Shown: piece after piece, positions 57,649-64,000 of the stretch
Numbering within the stretch: the first letter of the stretch is position 1
Layout: each line of letters starts with the position of its first letter
DNA from: Saccharolobus solfataricus P2
Lineage (GTDB): Archaea; Thermoproteota; Thermoprotei_A; Sulfolobales; Sulfolobaceae
Assembly: GCF_000007005.1 (NCBI RefSeq)
Contig: NC_002754.1
Strand: one strand, 5' to 3'
Length of the DNA stretch: 64,000 nt
The notes under the pieces: generated by a model
What the model was told of the DNA's origin: nothing
The model's database searches: none
What the model saw: the letters and a program-made list of their open reading frames with translations, nothing else
Translations under genes and position numbers: made by a program

Positions 57649-58897
57649 GTCATTCCAACCAGAGGAAGAGTACGTGCACTTCACGTACTCCATCAAGAAC
57701 GACAAGAGGGAGGAGAGCAAAGAATTAATTAAAGAATACACAACACTACTACAGAAAGCAATTGACTACCTGTGGAGTTTAACGAAAATACAAGTAAGAA
57801 AGAACGGTAATTACAAGATAACACTACCGAAGAAGAAGGAGGTGTACAAACCACTTAGGGATGAACTAGAGAAGATCAACCACCTTGCATCACACTACGT
57901 CGATAAGGCAATTAATGACGCATTCTCGATCTTGAAGTCGTGGAGGAAAAGGGCTATAAAGGGGAGAGCTTCGATTGAAAAACCAAGGGTGAAGAAGGCT
58001 TACGTTAGGATAAAGACGACTCTGAGGAAGGTTGTGGGGGAAAGCGTTAGAATAACGGTAAGACCTTATGAGTACATCACCTTCTCGTGGAGTAAGTCAT
58101 GGTTCTCAAGAAGGGTTAGGGAGTTGGAACTTGGTGAACCTATAATTAAGGAGGAGAAAGTGTATTTGCCATTTCGTTACAAGTTACCCTGGGCAACACC
58201 ATTAAACTTTCTGGCAATTGACTCCAACCTTTATACTCTAGATGCTTATGATGGTGAGAAATTCGTTACAATCTCACTAAAGCAGTTGTACTCCCTTAAG
58301 TACTCTATGGAGGTGAAGAGGGCTAAGGTGCAATCATTTGCATCAAAGCACACGAAGAGGGGGAGAGAGTTGTTAAGGAAGTATTCGCATAGGGAGAGGA
58401 ATCGCGTTCTGGACTTCGTTCACAAGTTTGTAAACGCGTTGTTGGACTTGTACCCCATGACGTTTTTCGCTGTGGAAAAGCTTAACAAAGAGAGTATGTT
58501 TGTAGACGCTAATGACTCTCTTTCGAGGAAGATTTCTAGGACTGTTTGGAGGAGTATACACAGAGTGTTGAAGTATAAGGCTCCGCTTTACGGTTCTTTC
58601 GTTAAGGAAGTGAACCCACGCTTTACATCTAGGTCTTGCCCCAGATGTGGGTTTGTATCCCGAAAGGTTGGTAAGACCTTTGAGTGTGAGAGGTGTGGGT
58701 TTAAGTTGGATAGGCAATTGAACGCGTCACTGAATATTTATCTCAAGATGTGCGGATTCCCTCACATCCGTGATATAGCACGGGTGTGGGTTGGGGTTAT
58801 TCCGCTAATGGGGCGAAGAGGGATGAACGGGTTTCCCCGTGACTTTGGTGAAGCCCAAGGGCTGAGGATTGATATTAAATATCATGAAATCCCATGA
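57626..58897 (+). CDS. tnpB: TnpB (IS607-associated), RuvC-III Asp replaced by Gln
   Basis: LAIDSN, AVEKL, TSRSCPRC..CERC, LDRQLNASLNI. Confidence 0.88.
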   Translation: MLKNLRLKSFQPEEEYVHFTYSIKNDKREESKELIKEYTTLLQKAIDYLWSLTKIQVRKNGNYKITLPKKKEVYKPLRDELEKINHLASHYVDKAINDAFSILKSWRKRAIKGRASIEKPRVKKAYVRIKTTLRKVVGESVRITVRPYEYITFSWSKSWFSRRVRELELGEPIIKEEKVYLPFRYKLPWATPLNFLAIDSNLYTLDAYDGEKFVTISLKQLYSLKYSMEVKRAKVQSFASKHTKRGRELLRKYSHRERNRVLDFVHKFVNALLDLYPMTFFAVEKLNKESMFVDANDSLSRKISRTVWRSIHRVLKYKAPLYGSFVKEVNPRFTSRSCPRCGFVSRKVGKTFECERCGFKLDRQLNASLNIYLKMCGFPHIRDIARVWVGVIPLMGRRGMNGFPRDFGEAQGLRIDIKYHEIP

Positions 58898-60940
58898 AGC
58901 CCAAACCCCAATTTAGGCTGGGGATTTGAACTATTCGATTTAGTAGTCTACCTATATGTTGCAACTACAATATCTCCTCTATTCTTTCCTTCTTCAAGCA
59001 AAATAGCTAGCTTATTGCTTTTTCTATTAACCATAGTCATAGGATATTTTGCCAGACCTTTAGGAGGTATATTCTTTGGACATTATGGAGATAAGATAGG
59101 GAGGAAGAGAATATGGTTTGTTTCACTGCTTGGAATGGGTATTGCTACTACACTAATAGGGTTTTTGCCCACTTATAATCAAGTTGGCATATTTGCTACC
59201 ATACTACTGATTTTGTTACGAATATTGCAAGGCTTTTTCTTAGCTGGAGAATGGGGAGGAGGAATGACGTTAGTTAATGAGTTTTCTCCAAGTAATTTGA
59301 GGGGATTAATGAGTGGTGTACAACAAGGAGGAGCAGCATTGGGTTTAATATTCGCGGTAATTGCTAGTGAAATAGCCTCGTCTTTAGCACCTGGTTCTGC
59401 CTTTGCTACATATGGTTGGAGAATTATGTTCTGGTTCGGTGTTATTCCACTAATAATAGCTTTAACTGTAAGGTGGAAGGTTGGTGAGAGTATTGAATGG
59501 CTAACTAAGGTAGCAGATAAACCTGAAAAAATTCCTATTGCCACTGTTTTTAAGAAATGGTGGAAGCTGGTTATAATAGCTGCTGTAGTGTTGTTTAGTA
59601 GTGGGTCTATATACTACGGCATTATAGCGTACATGTCTACATTTTTTGAACTTTACACACATTTATCAATATATGAAATAGATAATATTGTATTGGCCAC
59701 TAATCTAGTATGGTTATTCCTCTCTCCATTGACTGGTTATTTAAGTGATATATTGAAGATGAGAAAGACATTAATAGCAATACTAGGATTTATCATTGGT
59801 ATCTTGGTATACCCAATAATAAATGTGCTTTACACCAGTTCATATATCTTAAGCATTTTAGCCGGTATGCTATTAGGATTTTTATTTGCGTTTCAATACT
59901 CAATATTTCCCGCTTGGTTATCTGAAAACATTAATACTAATGTGAGATACTCGTACATAGCTTTCTCAATCAATTTAGGAGTGGCACTTTCATCCTTTGC
60001 CCCTTACATAGTAACAGCACTAGGATTAATCTTTCATAATCCGGTCATAGGATTGCAGTTTTTGATATATCTGCTTCAATATTAGGAGGAATAGCCGCTT
60101 TACTATCACCACCTGATAAAGTGGGAATGCAACTTAGTTGAAAAAAGTCAACTTTTTTCTTCTTCTCTTTTTCTTAGCTCAAATCTCTTCAATTTACCGG
60201 TCTCCGTTCTAGGTAATTCTTTAACGAATTCTATTTCTCTAGGATACGCATATAAGGCTAGTCTGCTTTTTACAAATTGTTGAATTTCCTCTACTAGACT
60301 ATCAGATGGAGAATATCCATCCTTTAGTACTATAAATGCCTTTATTACATTTCCTCTCAACCTATCCGGCTTACCTATTACAGCAACTTCTTGAACTGCG
60401 GGATGTTGTAATATAATACTCTCTATCTCCTCCGGTCCCAATCTATAGCCGGAAACCTTTATTACGTCATCCCCTCTCCCTTTAAACCAAATATAACCAT
60501 TTTGATCCATTAAACCTAGGTCTCCCATTAAGAACCAATGTCCTCTAAACTTCTTAGCGGTAGCTTCCGGATTCTTATAATATCCTAGAAATAATACAGG
60601 ATCCTCTATCCTTACTGCTATTTCTCCAACTTGATTTATTACCTCATTACCTTTTTCATCAATGACTGCTATCTCATGACCGGGAGTAGGTTTACCTACA
60701 GATCCTATCTTACGCCACATGGAGTTATTTACGGTCACTAGATTAGCCTCTGTACAACCATAAAATTCATTAACATTGGGGGATAACTCTTTCATTGCCC
60801 ACTCAATCAAGTCTCCTCCCACAGCTTCTCCAGCACTACTAACTGCTCTTAATCTTAAATCGTAATCTCTCCTTGGACTACTAACTTCCTTCCTAATCAT
60901 TCTTAAAGCCGTAGGGGGATGAAAGCGCAAGTAACCTTAT

Positions 60941-62251
60941 AACAGACGGGGGTTCAAAGGGGGCGGAAAACTTCTCTTTGAGGCGGATCCCTTTGTAGAA
61001 AAGTTAAAATAGGAAAATAACGAAATACACATCAATGCCCACCTTAGGGTTTCGCTTCCGTGCATACACTGACGAACAAACCCTTAGGGCGTTAAAGGCC
61101 CAGTTGAAGTTAGCGTGCAAAATCTACAACACCTTAAGGTGGGCAGACATATACTTTTACCAAAGGGATGGGAAAGGACTTACGCAGACTGAGTTAAGAC
61201 AGTTGGCTCTAGATCTGAGAAAACAAGATGATGAGTATAAGCAACTCTATTCTCAAGTAGTTCAACAAATAGCCGACCGTTACTACGAAGCTAGACAGAG
61301 GTTTTTTGAAGGTTTAGCACGTTTCCCGAAAGAAAAGAAACCTCACAAATACTACTCCCTTGTCTATCCCCAGTATGGTTGGAAAATACTTCACGTTAGA
61401 GAAATAAGAAAAGGAAGCAAGAAGAAACTAATAACGCTTAAACTATCAAATCTTGGTACATTCAAGGTAATAGTTCACCGAGACTTTCCCCTTGACAAAG
61501 TAAAGAGGGTAGTAGTGAAGCTAACAAGATCTGAGAGGATATACATCACTTTCGTAGTTGATCACGAATTCCCCAAGTTACCTAACACTGGTAAGGTAGT
61601 GGCGATAGATGTTGGTGTAGAAAAGTTGTTAGTAACGTCAGATGGTGAGTATTTTCCTAATTTGAGACCTTACGAGAAAGCGTTATGGAAAGTGAAGCAT
61701 CTACACAGAGAACTTTCAAGGAAGAAGTTCCTCTCTAATAATTGGTTTAAGGCTAAGGTTAAGCTTGCTAGGGCTTATGAGTATTTGAAGAATCTAAGAA
61801 CGGATCTTTACATGAAGTTGGGTAAATGGTTTGCTGAGCATTATGACGTTGTGGTGATGGAGGGTATTCACGCTAAACAGCTTGTGGGTAAGTCCTTGAG
61901 GTCTCTGAGGAGGAGGCTGAGTGATGTGGGATTTGGTGAGTTGAGGGGTGTGCTGAAGTATCAGCTGGAAAAATACGGTAAGAAACTCATCCTAGTTAAT
62001 CCTGCATACACTTCCAAAACTTGTGCTAGGTGCGGGTATGTGAAAAATGACTTGTCTCTATCTGATCGTGTTTTCGTTTGTCCCAACTGTGGTTGGATTG
62101 CAGATCGTGACTATAATGCTTCTCTTAACATCTTACGTGGATCGGGGTCGGAGCGACCCTTAGTGCCTGTGGAGCTCCGCCCTCTACCAGTACTCTGGCA
62201 AGGTGGGGCTATGAAGCAGGAAGCTCCCTCATTTATGAGGGGGTAGCTCAC
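60941..62251 (+). mobile_element. IS200/IS605 tnpB-only element (ISC1316-like, 1311 bp)
   Basis: Inserted after CTTAT with no TSD; right end GGGGTAGCTCAC; boundaries from rejoining the synthetase. Confidence 0.88.
61035..62246 (+). CDS. tnpB: TnpB RNA-guided nuclease, intact
   Basis: AIDVG, VMEG and DRDYNA (D-E-D intact); CxxC...CxxC zinc finger. Confidence 0.93.
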   Translation: MPTLGFRFRAYTDEQTLRALKAQLKLACKIYNTLRWADIYFYQRDGKGLTQTELRQLALDLRKQDDEYKQLYSQVVQQIADRYYEARQRFFEGLARFPKEKKPHKYYSLVYPQYGWKILHVREIRKGSKKKLITLKLSNLGTFKVIVHRDFPLDKVKRVVVKLTRSERIYITFVVDHEFPKLPNTGKVVAIDVGVEKLLVTSDGEYFPNLRPYEKALWKVKHLHRELSRKKFLSNNWFKAKVKLARAYEYLKNLRTDLYMKLGKWFAEHYDVVVMEGIHAKQLVGKSLRSLRRRLSDVGFGELRGVLKYQLEKYGKKLILVNPAYTSKTCARCGYVKNDLSLSDRVFVCPNCGWIADRDYNASLNILRGSGSERPLVPVELRPLPVLWQGGAMKQEAPSFMRG

Positions 62252-63192
62252 ATTTTTGCATTATGGCTAGGGTATCTTTAGGGGAGAATTTACCTAGCCT
62301 TCTATATGCTACTATTGGCTTCCCGAAATAGAGGCTAGGTAGTATTACATCGCCTATAGCCCCAATCCAGCCCCAGTCCGCGGGTGTATAAAATACATCC
62401 TCTTCTCTTGGTGCCATTTCGAAATAGAGCTGATAGGCAGGAATATGTCCCAACAGAAATCTATGAGCATGAAGGACTCCCTTTGGTGCTCCAGTACTAC
62501 CAGAGGTATAAAAGAGTTGGGCTGGATCATCACTCTTAGTATCTACCGCATAATGTACTCCAGAGGTCTTTTTAACCTCATCGAAATTAATTTCACTTTC
62601 ATCTCTAGCTTCATCAGCAACTATAATCTTAGTTACGTTCCTTAATTTTTCTCTAACCTCTTTTCTTGAACCTTCAATTATTATAGCCTTGGCATCACTT
62701 TGTCTTATTCTATATTCAACAGCCTCTACTCCCATTAATGGTGAAATCGATAAGCTAATTGCTCCAAGCCTATATAGTGATAAAATACTTATTACAGTTT
62801 CAACCCTGGGCTGTAAGTAAATACCAACCACATCCCCTCTTTTTACTCCTATTTCTCTTAAAATTGTTATTAAAGAATCGCTAAGACTCTTTAATTGGGC
62901 GAAAGTATAAACGAAATGATCACCTTCCTCGTCTTCATAGTATATTGCGATGTTATCTCCTACACCTTCCTTAACCTTTCTATCTAATATCGATTCTCCT
63001 ATATTAAAGCGAGAAGGAATATTCCATTTGAATGTTCTCACAAGTTCATCATAATTATGAAATCTAATTTCCCTCAAATCTACCTCGAGCATAAGAAGAC
63101 TATCTCAATTCTAGTATATAACTATTATTATTTATGATAGTATTAAATTGATGGTAAGTTAAGCTTTTAAATATAAATTAGGAAAAGGCTTT

Positions 63193-64000
63193 ATGTATAG
63201 GGTTATTGAGTTAGGACACGTAATTTCAGCACCATTCGCAGGAGAGATCTTGAGACATTTAGGATTTGAGGTAATAAAGATTGAACCACTACTAGGAGAT
63301 CCAAGTAGGAAAGACGACGTTTTAGTAGATTCCATGTTCGTCTTCAATAATAGGGGTAAAAGATCAATTTCCGTAGATTTAAGAAAGGAAAAGGGAAAAG
63401 AGGTTTTCCTAAGATTAGTACGGAACTCCCACGTCTTAATCGAGAACTTATCTCCTCATGTAATGGATAGGCTAGGATTATCAGATGACGTTATATTTTC
63501 GACCAATCCCTCCTTAGTATACTGCTCCATAAAGGGATATCCTAAGGGGAAATACGAAAATCTACCTGCCTTCGGTACCATAATTGAGGCGGAAAGCGGT
63601 ATCATGGATGCTAATGGAAAGGCAAGGTTACCTGCTTCAATAACCGACATGAACGCATCTACGTATTGCGTAATTACGATTTTATGGGCACTGCTTATGA
63701 AGAAACCCGGGCACTATAGGGTGAGCATTATCCAAGCCAATACAGTTTGGTTAGGATATTATCTCATAGCATATCAGAAATACGGTAAGCTCTTTGAAGC
63801 TGGAAAAGATGAACTTCCCTTCTGGGCTCCCTATGAGTTATTCAAGAGTTCCGAGGAGAAGGAATTTTACTTAGCAGTAAATGATAACGAAAAATTTACA
63901 AAGCTCTGTAAGGCACTGGGATTAGAGGACCTATTAGCTGATGAAAGGTTTAAAACTAACGCGGATAGGGTTAGAAATAGAAAGATATTACATGAAAAGC
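63193..64000 (+). CDS. CaiB/BaiF class III CoA-transferase (runs off the window)
   Basis: MYRVIELGHVISAPFAG, IKIEP, NRGKRSISVDL, LIENLSP, ITD; the frame is open to the edge. Confidence 0.88.
   Translation, partial: MYRVIELGHVISAPFAGEILRHLGFEVIKIEPLLGDPSRKDDVLVDSMFVFNNRGKRSISVDLRKEKGKEVFLRLVRNSHVLIENLSPHVMDRLGLSDDVIFSTNPSLVYCSIKGYPKGKYENLPAFGTIIEAESGIMDANGKARLPASITDMNASTYCVITILWALLMKKPGHYRVSIIQANTVWLGYYLIAYQKYGKLFEAGKDELPFWAPYELFKSSEEKEFYLAVNDNEKFTKLCKALGLEDLLADERFKTNADRVRNRKILHEK

Larger units (their letters stand above)
57009..58909 (+). mobile_element. IS607-family element (ISC1904-like, about 1901 bp)
   Basis: Serine-recombinase tnpA plus tnpB; junctions at a shared CC; boundaries inferred from rejoining the MFS frame. 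Confidence 0.85.
56950..60140 (+). pseudogene. MFS metabolite:H+ symporter split by an IS607 element and frameshifted near 60050
   Basis: MSNSGGKDWVTALKVAISA (before 57009) joins in frame to NLGWGFELFD (58910); GDKIGRK and GEWGG motifs; the C-terminus continues in another frame to TGA near 60140. Confidence 0.8.
60148..63092 (-). pseudogene. Acyl-CoA synthetase split by an ISC1316-like element, plus a -1 frameshift
   Basis: YTSGSTG in the 5' part; GRGDD and TETGKLKR in the 3' part; the junction restores MQKYKVTCAFI, then a C5 run puts PPTALR out of frame. Confidence 0.85.

Overview
AT-rich Sulfolobales DNA, most likely Saccharolobus solfataricus: the D-arabinose dehydrogenase and KARI proteins, a 1439-bp ISC1439-type IS and SM-like MITEs match from memory, not from a search. 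It is a mosaic accessory region. Metabolic blocks: an ARA-box sugar cluster, an aryl-CoA ligase/di-iron epoxidase/PaaX cluster, ilvC, thiC, and the glyoxylate shunt. Uncharacterised modules: (i) a hyaluronan-synthase-like GT2 with a large anchored surface protein and a MinD/ParA ATPase; (ii) a CP-ATP-grasp/transglutaminase/alpha-E operon; (iii) a putative defence island with McrC, EVE-like McrB, HerA and NurA plus a nuclease-DUF2075 helicase. The mobilome is dense and nested: ISC1439 x2, ISC1225-like x2, IS200/IS605 tnpB elements, an IS607 element and several MITE families. Two TnpB-less IS605 derivatives look like stand-alone omega-RNA cassettes, and ISH3-type elements repeatedly sit in IS605 end hairpins. 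No CRISPR array, rRNA or tRNA was recognised. All assignments come from reading motifs by eye.
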